Shown: one piece after another, positions 42,254-53,218 of the stretch
Layout: every line of letters starts with the position of its first letter
Position numbering within the stretch: position 1 is the stretch's first letter
The notes under the pieces: generated by a model
Told to the model about the DNA's origin: nothing
Seen by the model: only the letters and a program-made list of their open reading frames with translations
Databases searched by the model: none
Source: Entomortierella parvispora E1425
Lineage: Eukaryota; Fungi; Mortierellomycota
Length of the DNA stretch: 64,000 bases
Assembly: GCA_020891255.1 (NCBI GenBank)
Contig: BQFW01000010.1
Location: 1,750,997 to 1,814,996, forward strand
Direction of reading: 5' to 3'
Made by a program: the position numbers and the translations under genes

Positions 42254-44590
42254 ACTTATACCCAATTGATGTTGGATTGCTGGTTCTGCGCCATTTCAAA
42301 CGGGCAGAAAGATGTTACTAGTTCAAGGCTAAATGGCGCACGAACTACAATCTCATACTTGACACACCAAGATCTGTGAAGCGGGCAACAAATGCATCTT
42401 CAGGACCACAAGTGTCTCTGGTTAAGGCACTTGCTGTTGACATGATCAAGACTGTCCTACTTATATAACCGAAGGAGGTGGGAGCTCCTGGATCCAAGTG
42501 AACAAATGTAGTCGTCCACGCATGTAGGTATCATATGTCAGCATCGGCTAATGAACCAGAAAAAAGTGAACACTTGCCATGATCTGTGCCGCAATATCGG
42601 CGATGCATGTCCGTTCTCCTTATCGAACAACCAGGAACTTGGGCCGAATTTGGCATGCCACCATTTGTAAGATCGATATTGTCTCTCAACAATACTGCCA
42701 TGGCATATGTTCCGCTCCCCTTCGTCGACATCTTGGTTCCCATCCATAGGACCAGCCTGGTATCATTACCCTTTGTGATGATGAGCCACTTCCTCCTTGT
42801 CCTCTCGAGTTCGCTTTGATTCAATCGTTGGCCCGTTTAGCCTACACTACACCCAGTATGTGAGTCCGAATGATTCCTTACCTTGTCCCTCAGTCTGCAA
42901 TTCATAATAAACCATGCCTTTCGACTCTTTTCTTATTCCTGCATTGTCTGGCCATGAAATCGAGTCAAGAAGTCATGGCAAACATCGAGCAACATCATGA
43001 CTTGTCTCCCTTGCACTTCAGATACTTCATGGGAAAAACAAATCGAGACAGCGCGTCTCGGGAATGGCAGTAGCCTTTTCTCTTGCGTCGCCCTCCTCCC
43101 ATTTCTTTCTTGTCGTGCTCTTCCACTTCCCTTTCATCTTTCCTCCCTCTTCCTTTTTGCGTTAGGCTCATTCGCGGACTGAGTGGATACATACCCATCG
43201 ATGCCAGGCTCCGACGCTCATCTTCGCTTTACAGTCTTGGTTGTTGATTTGCCGCACTTCGCGTAGAACCCACCCATCTCTTCTGTTGATGGGCTGCCTA
43301 ACCCAAATGTTTCTCTACATTGTCCTCTTCTAGCTTTCATGGCCTCTTTCTCTGTTGGAGCACCACTGCTATTCCCAGTGGCGCCAGAGGAAACCGGACG
43401 CGGAATCAAAAAAAAAAAAAAAAAAAAAAAAAATCGCGTCTTGACGCGCGCAGAGCACAACATACCGAAGGGACTTGGAGGAGGAGGTCGCACCATCCAC
43501 TGTGACAACTCTCGCTCCATGCCTACATCAGGGTGCACATGTGCATCCAAGGTCTAAAGAAGGAGCAATCTTGGAGAAGCACTTTGCAGCTGCTGACACA
43601 AAAAAAAAGTCAACGACTCTTCACCGTGTTTTCGTTTGTTGTCCACATCGCATGGACTGATCGTTCCTGAACTCTCTTGCCCTTCTCTTCTCTTTCCTCT
43701 TGTCTCTACCTTCTCTTCCCTTCCATTCCCTCTCGACAATCATCCCGAGACCATTGTCGAGGGGGAGAAATGCGCGTTGTTGTTTGTTGCCGTTGGGACT
43801 GATCATCCCTGAACTAGTCTCTTTTTCTCTCCCTTCCCTCCATCTCTCTTTGTCTCTTACCTTCCTAGGCTTGCCATCTCGTCTCTTCCATACCTCCATC
43901 TCTTCCATTTACAGCATTCGCTCATGCCGGACAGATGGGTGCTAACCCGACCTTGACTTGTTGGAAACAAATGCCCTTCAGCTCCAGCAGCAGAGGGAAC
44001 CTCAAAAAAAAGGGGGACAAATGTCCTCATGTCCTGACACGTCGATCCAGTCCATGCCCTGCGGCGCGACAGCGAAGAGAATTGGAGGATACTGCGCTGC
44101 CGACTGTGCCATCTATCTCCACATCAGAGTGGACATGTCCAACCAAGGGAGGAGTAAAATTCTTGGAAGAGCAGTTTACAGCTGCTGATGAGAAAAAAAA
44201 CCCCCCAAGAGCCCTGCCCCCTTTTTGTTTGTTGTCGCATGGACTGATCGTTTCTGTCTCCTCATGATGATCGTCTCTTCTCTTCTCTCTCGGTCGTCTC
44301 TCTTTTCGGAACTCATTATCTTCCCTGTTGCTTCTCTCTTCTCTTCTCTCTTGCTCGTTTCTTCCTCCGCCTTATCCTTCTCTTTTCCCTCTTTCTCTTC
44401 CCTTCTCTTCCGTCTTGTTCCTCTCATGTCTTCCCTCTCTTCTCTTCTTTCTTGCTCCACCGTTTTCTTCCTCTTATTTTCCTTTGACGGTGTTTTCTTT
44501 TCTCTTGAACTTGTCAACTGTCCCTCTCTTCTTCTCTCTCCCTTCTTTAGTTTCTTCTCTTCCCTCTTGGTCGTCTTTCGTCTTCTCTTC

Positions 44591-44736
44591 TCTCTTGTTC
44601 GTCGGTCTTGATCGTCTCTCGTCTTCTCGTCTCTCTTGTTCGTCGGTCTTGATCGTCTCTCGTCTTCTCGTCTCTCTTGTTCGTCAGTCTTGATCGTCTC
44701 TCGTCTTCTCGTCTCTCTTGTTCGTCAGTCTTGATC
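44591..44736. repeat. 41-bp minisatellite, about 3.5 copies
   Basis: Unit TCTCTTGTTCGTCGGTCTTGATCGTCTCTCGTCTTCTCGTC starting at 44591, 44632, 44673, 44714. Confidence 0.9.
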
Positions 44737-44924
44737 ATTTCTTGTCTTCACTCTCGCACTTTTTGGTCGCACGATGTGAGTTTCGTGCTCGTCCACCCTT
44801 CCTCGGGATGACAGCGCAAAAAAAAAAAAAGCACAAAAGGGACCCGCATGGACTGATCGCACCGGGGTCGTTTGTCTCAGCTGTTGTTGTCCTCTCGTCC
44901 CTCTCTTCTCTTCCTCCTCTTCTC

Positions 44925-45160
44925 CTCCCTCTTGTTCCTCCTCCCTCTTGTTCCTCCTCTTCTCTTTCCTCTTGTTCCTCCTCTTCTCTTTCCTCTTGTT
45001 CCTCCTCTTCTCTTTCCTCTTGTTCCTCCTCTTCTCTTTCCTCTTGTTCCTCCTCTTCTCTTTCCTCTTGTTCCTCCTCTTCTCTTTCCTCTTGTTCCTC
45101 CTCTTCTCCTCCCTCTTGTTCCTCCTCTTCTCCTCCCTCTTGTTCCTCCTCTTCTCTTTC
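44925..45160. repeat. 24-bp minisatellite, about 9-10 copies
   Basis: Unit CCTCTTGTTCCTCCTCTTCTCTTT. Confidence 0.92.
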
Positions 45161-45761
45161 CTTTTTCCTTTTTTTTTTTTTTTTTTTTTCAACATTTTAT
45201 TTGCTATGTCGAGCCAAAGAAGTGAAGTGCGAGACCAAACTATCTACAACCTGAGCAAAGCCGCTTGGTCCAGACGACAAATGACCCCGGATCCCCGCGC
45301 AACAAATGCCACGACTCGTCGCCGTGTTATAAAGAAGAGTAAAATGTTACAAAAAATGGATCTTCCCCATCTTTTCTAATGTCGATAAGTGAACCTGGCC
45401 ACGCACACAAGCCAGTAGTCGCTGGTCAGCCAGCGTAGGATCGTCTTGGGCACCTGGGCAGAGGCCTTTGTGGTGGTCAGTGTAAGCCTTGCCGCATTGG
45501 CAGATGCCTGGCGCAAGGATCGCACCAGAGGCGTTGTTCCACGGCTGCCCCGAGGGGGCCTCTTCTCTTTCCTCCTGTCCTCTTCCCTCCCAAGACCAAT
45601 GTTCTTTTGGATGGGGCCAGTGCAGCCTCCATTTGTCCAAAAAAAAAGGCCGAGGGGGAAACGGGCGGTTGTTGTTTGTTGGATGGAGCGTCCCTGACCT
45701 TGTGTCTTTTTCTCCCGTCTTCTCTAGCCATCTCAACCCATCCTCCTTTCATCCCTCTCGT

Positions 45762-45896
45762 CTCTTGCATTCATCTCGTCCCTTGCATTCATCTCGTCCC
45801 TTGCATTCATCTCGTCCTTTGCATCCATCTCATCCCTTGCATCCATCTCGTCTCTTGCATCCATCTCGTCTCTTGCATTCATCTCGTCTCTTGCAT
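45762..45896. repeat. 18-bp minisatellite, about 7 copies
   Basis: Unit TCTTGCATYCATCTCGTC. Confidence 0.9.
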
Positions 45897-46128
45897 CGTT
45901 TGACCTTCTCGTCTCCTGCATTCCACAGTTCTTGCATCCCTCTCTCTTGTCTCTCTTTTTTTGCATCCCTTTCCTCTCATGTCTCTCGTCTCGATTCCTG
46001 CATCCTTCCTTTCTCCTCGACTCTTGCATCCATCCTTACCCTGTCCTCCCGTATCTAGCATCCGTCTTCTTTTTTGGATCTTTCGCCTCTTTTGCATCTC
46101 TCGTCTCCTGCCCTTTTCCTTTTTGTAT

Positions 46129-46256
46129 CTCTCTTCTCTGTTGCATCTCTCTTCTCTGTTGCATCTCTCTTCTCTGTTGCATTTCTCTTCTCTATTGCAT
46201 CTCTCTTCTCTGTTGCATTTCTCTTCTCTATTGCATCTCTCTTCTCTGTTGCATCT
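46129..46256. repeat. 18-bp minisatellite, about 7 copies
   Basis: Unit TCTCTTCTCTGTTGCATC. Confidence 0.9.
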
Positions 46257-47516
46257 CATCTCGTGCATCCTTCTCCTCTCATGATTCGAACTCACATCTT
46301 GCACCTTTTGCAGCCGCCGTCTAAACCGACCCAGTGCATCCAACTCGACTCTTGCATCAAACATAAGCGGGTCTTTTGTGCCCCTGTCTTTCTTTTCGCT
46401 CTCTTCTCCTCTCTTCTCTTCGTGTTGTCGCAAGCTTAAGCGTTACCTCTCGCTTTCTCCTTCCTTTCTCACGCGTTGCTCGCTACTCCTTCCCTTTGTC
46501 GTCAACAACTTCTTTTACATCGAATCATACGGAGAAGAAAGCTCATTCAATCTAGCCCTGAACCAGAGTGGACATGCGACAAACGAGATGCATGCAGGAA
46601 GCATGGAGTGATTAATTCAGGCCTGCGCACTTCTCAGGTAAGTCCTCTCTACCCTCAACTGCTAGATTTCTCTGGTCCTCAGGCAGAGCATGCAGTAGCG
46701 AGGAACGAGACGATTCCAGGGCAAAGTCACCGCAGTCTCATGTGTTTTGCGCCCTCGTCTCTGCCCTCTTGTTCCTACTTTTGTCTAGCGTGTACAACTT
46801 TTAATAAAAAAACTACGTGACAACTGCACGAGCTGATGTTCTTGTCTGCATGCACGATGAGGAGAGTAAACACTGCAGACTTGGCTCTTTTTCCTTCTCG
46901 TACTTCATGAAATGCAGCCACGAATTGTCGTAAGTGTCTAGCTCTCGGCTCCTGTCACCACTTCACTCCTCCATCTTACAGATGAATTTTTTTTAAAAAA
47001 AAACGAAATCTAAGAACAGCAATTACGCATCAACTACATTGTCAATCATCGATTTTTCTTTATGAATATAGACCTGACCTTTGATGAATAGGAACCTTCC
47101 CATATGAAAATCACCTTGGTCGTCAACGTAGATATCGAGAAATGAGCGTTCGATTTTCAAAAAAAACGAGATTGAAAAATGCAATTGCTCAAGATCCACC
47201 TTATTGATTGACGATGTTTTTGGCCGGGTGGAATACTTGTGAGGGGAGCTATCTAATACACCATATCTTATGTCTCTACGAAGGAAAAAAAGCACCTTGT
47301 TTTTATATCTTCAGAAAAGCAAGGCCGAAGCCGGATTCGAACCCGGGAGCAAAAGTAAACAAAAGGAACGCCTAATAGTCCAGGAGGTCTAAGCCACATA
47401 TTCTTCACATATTTCCTTTTTAGGACAAAACCAAAAACGCATCGTACGGTCGATCTGAACGGCGCAAACAATGCACAGACGCTCCAGGACGTCATTAAAC
47501 TGTTCAAATACGCGAG

Positions 47517-47613
47517 TTTAGGGCGAATAAACCCTAAAATAAGTTTTTAGGGTTTTTTTAGGGTTTTTTAGGTTTTTTTAGGGGTTTTTAGGGTTTTTTA
47601 GGGTTTTTTTAGG
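47517..47613 (+). repeat. Interstitial telomere-like array (T5-7AG2-4)x7 preceded by TTTAGGG and an inverted CCCTAAAA unit
   Basis: 47544-47613 reads T5AG3,T7AG3,T6AG2,T7AG4,T5AG3,T6AG3,T7AG2; TTTAGGG at 47517-47523 and AAACCCTAAAA at 47529-47539. Telomeric identity is inferred from the TnAGGG form. Confidence 0.7.
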
Positions 47614-48151
47614 TTTTAATTCTTTAATGGGGTATGCCAGTCGGCTCAATGCTTGATGGTTTACGGGGCTATCTGGGGCCACGCCTGGAGGCGGGGCGGG
47701 AGTGGTATGGTTTGGGGCGGGAGTGGGCACGCTTGGGCTTGGGATGGGCCTGTGGCCTGAGGCGGAAGAGGTGATGAGAGATCTGATCACTCAAATCCAT
47801 GAACTGGTCCTCCAGGTCATCCAAGCCTTGCATCGCCGAATGTTCGCCTACTTGGGCTTGCTCGTGTATCCTGAGGCGCGCTTCGACATACTCGAAGCGC
47901 CTTTGGAGAGTCTGAACGAAGGTCTCCAGGGCCTGGGTATATTGCCTCGGATGCATAGGGGTTGGGGCGTCTTGTGGTTGGTGAACGTCAACCACGGGCG
48001 CCTGGTCGACAGTGCCAGTCGCTGCCTGTGACAGGGGGGGGAGTCCACCCCCCATTGTCTCCAGCGGGCTCTGTGGCACCATCTCCAACAGGTCTTGTTC
48101 TTGCTCGAGCGCCGGCAATGGTTGGGTAGCCTCATCGTCCGCATCAGCCAC

Positions 48152-48262
48152 TGCAATAGGAGTATCGAGGGTGGAGTGGAGACAAGAAGTGAGTTTTATT
48201 ATATTGCAAGTTTCTAGCTTTTGTAGGTACACATCGCGTGATGTCACCGTATTCCTGTTACA
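48152..48262 (-). repeat. 3' LTR (111 bp)
   Basis: Identical to 53108-53218; minus strand begins TGTAAC and ends TTGCA; contains AATAAA. Confidence 0.96.
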
Positions 48263-48274
48263 CCTTCCCCTTTT
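48263..48274 (-). other. Polypurine tract
   Basis: Minus strand AAAAGGGGAAGG immediately 5' of the 3' LTR. Confidence 0.9.
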
Positions 48275-51200
48275 AAAAAATGATACCGTGCTGCTCTTTG
48301 AAGGTTGTGACCAAGTCCATGCAGTTGTCCAAGTTGCTTACTGGGAGCCATTCGTCAGCTTCTCTGCCGTAGCCTTTGAATGACACTAGGAACTGGTGTT
48401 GTCTGCGGTAGAAGCGGTACTTTAAAATTTCGTCCACTTCATACTCCTCTTCGCCGTCAATTACAGTGGGATCCACGGGGGCAGGAGCTCGAATGCCGAG
48501 TGACTCCGGGGACGGCAAATAGGGTCGAAAAGGTATCAACGTGGAAGACGTCATGGATTTTGTAGAATGGTGGCAGCTCGACGCGGAAGGTGACAGGTGA
48601 GTGTTGCTCCAAAAGTGTGAACGGGCCAAGGAATTGAGGTCGAAGTTTATCGGCTGGTCTGATACTGTCGGCAGGGATGGTGATATTGGTGGCACGCAGC
48701 AGGACCTTATCGCCAACCTTGTACTTGTGATCCCGTCGTCGCTTGTTTGCCTGTTGCTCCTGATGATCCTGAGCACGCTGCAGAGCATCCTGGGCCAGGG
48801 CAAGGGTGGTCGCCTGCTCAGTCAGGAAGGTATCGACAGTGGGGACTGAGCTGCTGGGTTTACCGAGGAGAGCGGTGGGGGAGACGAGGGTGCTGGCCAG
48901 AGTTGAGGAAGAACGGCGAGTATCCCGTGGATGCATTGACAGCGTTGTTATAGGCGAATTCCAGTGACGGAAGGAGCTGGTCCCAGTTAGACTGCTTGTT
49001 GTCAATAAACGCTCTCAACATAGTCTTCAGCGTCTTGTTCATAACCTCTGTCTGCCCATCCGTCTGTGGGTGGTAGGCGGTTGACAGTGCAAGTTTGACA
49101 TCCATTAGCCTGTGCAACTCTTGCCAGAATCTACTAGTGAATCGAGTGTCGCGGTCCGAGATGATGGATGTTGGTGTGCCATGCAGCTTAAAGATGTTGT
49201 CAAAAAACTGGTGGGCGACGTCGACGGCTGTGGCAGAGGTAGTACTGGGGACGAAGTGAGCTTGCTTGGTCAGCTTGTCGACAAACACTGTGATGGCGTC
49301 AAAATTTCTAGCTGTGGGCGGAAGAGGGCCGATGAAGTCCATGGTGACTACCTCCCAACGTTGCGAAGGAATGGGTAGCGGTTGCAAGAGTCCAGCTGGT
49401 CGATCCTGTGAGTCCTTGTTCCTTTGACACTTCTCGCAGGTTGCTACATACTGCTGGGTATCCTTGGCGATGTGGGGCCAATATACGAAACGGCGCAGGT
49501 TGTCGTAAGTCTTTTGAAAACCAAAGTGTCCAGCAGTGGCAGAGTCGTGAGCGTCGTGCAAGAGAGTGAGGCGGATCGGGGAGTGCCGAGGGATGGCCAG
49601 GGTGGTTGCTCCACGTCGGGTAAAGTAGAGGAGGTTGTTCTGGAATGAATATCCATTGGCAACCTTCCCATCCAGGCAATCCTTGTAGATGGGTCCAAGT
49701 CGAGGATCGTCGTTGTAGTCCTGGACAAGCTGGTCACGGACGTCCGGGGACAGGGAGACGCTGAGGTTGTATAGCTCAACAGGGTCAGGCTCGCGGTAGT
49801 CCGGTCGTCGGGAGAGAGCGTCTGGGACGATGTTGTCAACTCCTCGCTTGTACTTGAAGTCAAAGTCGTATTCCTGAAGCAACTCCATCCAGCGAGCCTG
49901 TCGACGAGTGAGTTTGGGCTGTGTGGGGAAGTGGCGGAGGGTGGCGTGGTCGGTGTGGACGCTGAACTTGGTTCCATCGAGGTAGTAGCGCCAAGTGCGG
50001 AGCGCATGGATGACAGCCAACAGTTCCTGCTCATGGACAGGGTAGTTCCGCTCAGCTGACTGCATTTTCCTGGAAGTGAATGCGATGGGATGGGTATTCC
50101 CTTCCCGGTCAGTCTGCAGCAGCACTGCACCGATGGCGAAACCGGATGCATCTGTTTCGACAAAGGTGAGAGATCGGGGTCGAAGATGCGGAGGACGGGG
50201 GCGGAGCAGATGGCGCGTTTGAGCTGAAGGAATGCAGATTGTTGTTCGTCGGTCCATTTGAAGGGAGTGTTGTTGGCGAGGAGGGAAGAGAGAGGGAGGG
50301 CAATCCCTGCAAAGCCCGATACGTACTGTTGATAAAATTGCGCAAGCCCCAAAAATTGCTGGACGTCCTTTGTGCTCTTGGGGGTGGGCCAGTCACTGAT
50401 GGCTTTGCTGAGCCCGGCCGATGTTTTGATCCCGTCCTTCGTGATGGTGTGGCCCAAAAATTCAGTTTCGTCTTGCATGAAGGAGCACTTGCTCAATTTC
50501 GCGTACAGACCATTCTTGCGGAGGAGAGCCAGGACGCTTCGGAGATGCTGCAGGTGTTCTTTCTTTGTCTTGGAGTAGATCAACAGATCGTCGAGATACA
50601 CGACAACCCATTTGTCCAAGACTGGATCGAGTACTCGCAACATCATATTGGAGAACGAAGCAGGAGCGTTAGTAAGGCCAAAGGGAACAACATTGAACTC
50701 AAAGTGACCATAGCGACAACGGAAGGCAGTCTTGTGTGTGTGTGGTTCAAAGATACGCTGCTGATGATAACCGGATAACAAGTCCAACTTGGAGTAATAG
50801 CGTGCTCCACGGAAGCGGTCAAGTAGCTCGTCGATACGGGGCAGCGGGTGTCTGTTCTTCCTGGTGATCTTGTTGAGGCCACGGTAGTCGACGCACATTC
50901 GGAGTGTGCCGTCCTTCTTCCGCACAAAGAGCACGGGGGCGCCATAGGGAGAGGTACTGGGTTTGATAAAACCTGCTGCTAGCAATTGGTCCAGTTGTTT
51001 GCGAAGTTCGTCAAGCTCGGCGATTGAAAGTCTAATGACAGGGCGGAAGGGTGGGTCGGCTGTCGGGTCGGTCTCGATCTTCATAGCATCACCACGGTCT
51101 GGGGGCAGGCCGTCCGGGAGTTTCTCCGGAAAGACATCAGCGAACTCTTCCATGACAATGGACCGCACCTCTGGGGGTCATATCGGGAATTGTACGCGGT

Positions 51201-52090
51201 TGGTCAGTTTCTTCAGAGGGCTCTGGGGTGTTGCGAATAAGGGCCAGGAACACCTCCGAGCCGGGCAGGGTTGCCATGGAATGAAAGTGCATGTGTGTGA
51301 GGAGGAGTCCTTTGGTGCGGCTTTGGATGTGATCGGCCTTGAAGCCGCGGCAGCTCCATTTGACATCGATTCCATTGTGAGTGAAATGAAGATCGTTGGT
51401 GCGCCAATTGATGCAAGGGTTAACTTTGGTGAGCCAGGGTTTGCCAAGGATGAGGTCGTATTTGTTGAGAGGATAGAGAATAGGGTTGAGCGAATCGGAG
51501 TAGTCGCTGCGGTTGAGGGTGATGGGGACGGTGTGTGATGTGAGGGAGGAAGAGCCATTGGGGAGGAGGATGGGGATGGGCAAGCATTCAGTGCGGAGGA
51601 GCTGGTGTCGCTTTTGAAAAGACGAACTGATAATATTACCTTCTGCACCACCATCAATCAGGATTCTGGCAGCGTGGCCATTGACAGAACCGATGAAAGT
51701 GAGCAGTTGGCTCTCTGCCTTTTGGACAGTGAATTCGTGTAGGCGAATCGCACGACGCTTCAACTTCTTCAACTGACTTTTGGACAGAGGTACACTAGGT
51801 GCCGGCGGTACAGCGAGAGGGTCCGGTTCATCTGTATCGGAGGATCTAGGTAGAGGAGCGGACAGGGCAACTGGAGCGGGCGAGGCAACAGGTTTTTTGG
51901 TTTGGTTTTGGTTTCGGTCCGATAGAACAACCAGAGCATCGTGGATGTGAGTTCGCTTGTCATGATTGGAGTCATGTTTCTGAGGTGTAGAATCAAGTGA
52001 AGTTTTATTTGAGGTACTTAGCTCAGGGTTGTTGGCTACAGTTTCGACAACTGGGGTCCGGACCGACCCTAGTTGCCGGAGGCTTTTCCC
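48273..52090 (-). CDS. Gypsy pol polyprotein (protease, RT, RNase H, integrase, chromodomain), broken by four 1-nt indels as assembled
   Basis: ILIDGGAEGN protease; LRMCVDYRGLN, YLDDLLI RT; ETDASG..ELLAVI..TDH RNase H; H..GHFG..C..CQ, MDFIGPLP, DRDTRF, PQTDGQTE integrase; KLRPQFLGPF GPY/F motif; EEYEVDEIL..FLVSFKGY..EWLP chromodomain. Confidence 0.92.
52048..52090 (-). other. Putative -1 programmed ribosomal frameshift signal
   Basis: G GGA AAA heptamer in gag phase (52090-52084), 8-nt spacer, stem-loop CAACTAGGGTC-GGTCCG-GACCCCAGTTG (52075-52048); the -1 frame is open into the protease. Confidence 0.75.
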
Positions 52091-52989
52091 GAATCAGGGG
52101 ATTCACCCGCGGTTACTTGATTAATTCCTCGGCTGCCGTTGCCGTACTTAGGGCAATTGGGACTGATGTGACCCAATTCGCGGCAGCGGAAGCAGCCACC
52201 GTTACGTACAAGGTACTCTCGGTCGGCGGCGGTCAGGGGTGCGGGGCGATCTCGAGAAGGGTTGTTAGTACCGTTGGTGGGGCGGTTCTGTAAGGAGCGG
52301 TGAAGGGTGCCGAGTTGCTTGTGGATATTGTTGAGTTGGATATGAATATTGTCCACTTCCATTGCGTTGGGGTCGGTGATACCAGCAGAGGATCCCGAGG
52401 CAGCCAGTGCTTTGGCACCGAGTGATGGGTCTTCAGTGTGGAAGATACGACCGAACTCCTCCGCGGCCTTAAAGAGTCTGGGCAGATCTATGGTGTCGTT
52501 GCCTGCATTAACAATGGCCACTTCCAGCATCTGGCGAAGCTGAGTAGGTGCACCACTGAGAAAGGCAGTACGGATAGTATCGTTGAGAACTGCGTTGTCG
52601 GCGTAGTAAGACTGGAGGAGTAGGTGGTATTCACGGGCTTTGGTAATATAGGCCATGACGTTGGAGATGTTCAGTGGCAGTGTCATTTTCATTTGCATTG
52701 TGAGGGCGAGAATGTGCTCCTTAAACTTCGCAGGGCTGAACTCGGCGGCAAGGAGCTCGCTGAAATCCGGGAATGAGGTGTCGGATGGCTTGTTTAAGAG
52801 TGCCCACCAGCCGATAACCTCATCGCCGGCAAAGGCAAGGGTAACCCCGACCTTGCGAGATTCGGCAATTCCAGCGCCATCGAAGAAAAAGGTCATGCGT
52901 TTCAGAAAACCGAGAACAGAGAATCCGTCGCGCTTGCCGTTGAACGGTGTTGGATGAGGGAATTTGAATGACGGTGTCGCGGAGTCCAT
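52069..52989 (-). CDS. Gypsy gag (306 aa) with CCHC zinc knuckle
   Basis: MDSATPSFKFPHPTPFNGKRD..IGWW..; CFRCRELGHISPNC knuckle; TAG stop at 52069. Confidence 0.92.
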   Translation of the reverse strand: MDSATPSFKFPHPTPFNGKRDGFSVLGFLKRMTFFFDGAGIAESRKVGVTLAFAGDEVIGWWALLNKPSDTSFPDFSELLAAEFSPAKFKEHILALTMQMKMTLPLNISNVMAYITKAREYHLLLQSYYADNAVLNDTIRTAFLSGAPTQLRQMLEVAIVNAGNDTIDLPRLFKAAEEFGRIFHTEDPSLGAKALAASGSSAGITDPNAMEVDNIHIQLNNIHKQLGTLHRSLQNRPTNGTNNPSRDRPAPLTAADREYLVRNGGCFRCRELGHISPNCPKYGNGSRGINQVTAGESPDSGKASGN

Positions 52990-53095
52990 GTTGGGTGAAT
53001 TGTCGAGGGAGAGTTGATCGAAGAGGGATACGAGGGGGTCCAGGGTGTGAGTGTGTCGGAGGGTCAGTGGGTCAGTGAGGTCAGTGGATCGAAAA

Positions 53096-53107
53096 CCTTT
53101 GCTACCA
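53096..53107 (-). other. Primer binding site, initiator tRNA-Met type
   Basis: TGGTAGCAAAGG directly after the 5' LTR; complementary to a ..UGCUACCA tRNA 3' end, as in eukaryotic initiator tRNA. Confidence 0.8.
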
Positions 53108-53218
53108 TGCAATAGGAGTATCGAGGGTGGAGTGGAGACAAGAAGTGAGTTTTATTATATTGCAAGTTTCTAGCTTTTGTAGGTACACATCGCGTGATGT
53201 CACCGTATTCCTGTTACA
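53108..53218 (-). repeat. 5' LTR (111 bp)
   Basis: Identical to 48152-48262. Confidence 0.96.

Larger units (their letters stand above)
43420..45200. repeat. Degenerate ~600-bp tandem triplication
   Basis: Identical 15-mer CGCATGGACTGATCG at 43649, 44235 and 44845, each preceded by an A-run and followed by a CT-rich tract. 43465-43600 and 44085-44195 align recognisably. Confidence 0.7.
48152..53218 (-). mobile_element. Full-length Ty3/Gypsy LTR retrotransposon, chromovirus type, 5,067 bp
   Basis: Identical 111-bp TG..CA LTRs, 5-bp TSD GCCAC (48147-48151 and 53219-53223), PBS, PPT, gag, and pol order PR-RT-RH-IN-chromodomain. Confidence 0.97.

Noticed and set aside
43900-46440. Ser/Leu/Phe-rich and Arg/Glu/Lys-rich ORFs
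   Set aside because: Artefacts of CT-rich minisatellites.
47322-47400. tRNA gene on the minus strand (GGGTTCGAATCCGGCTTCGGCC)
   Set aside because: Only a T-loop-like segment; the T-stem is imperfect and there is no matching 5' acceptor, D-arm or anticodon arm upstream.
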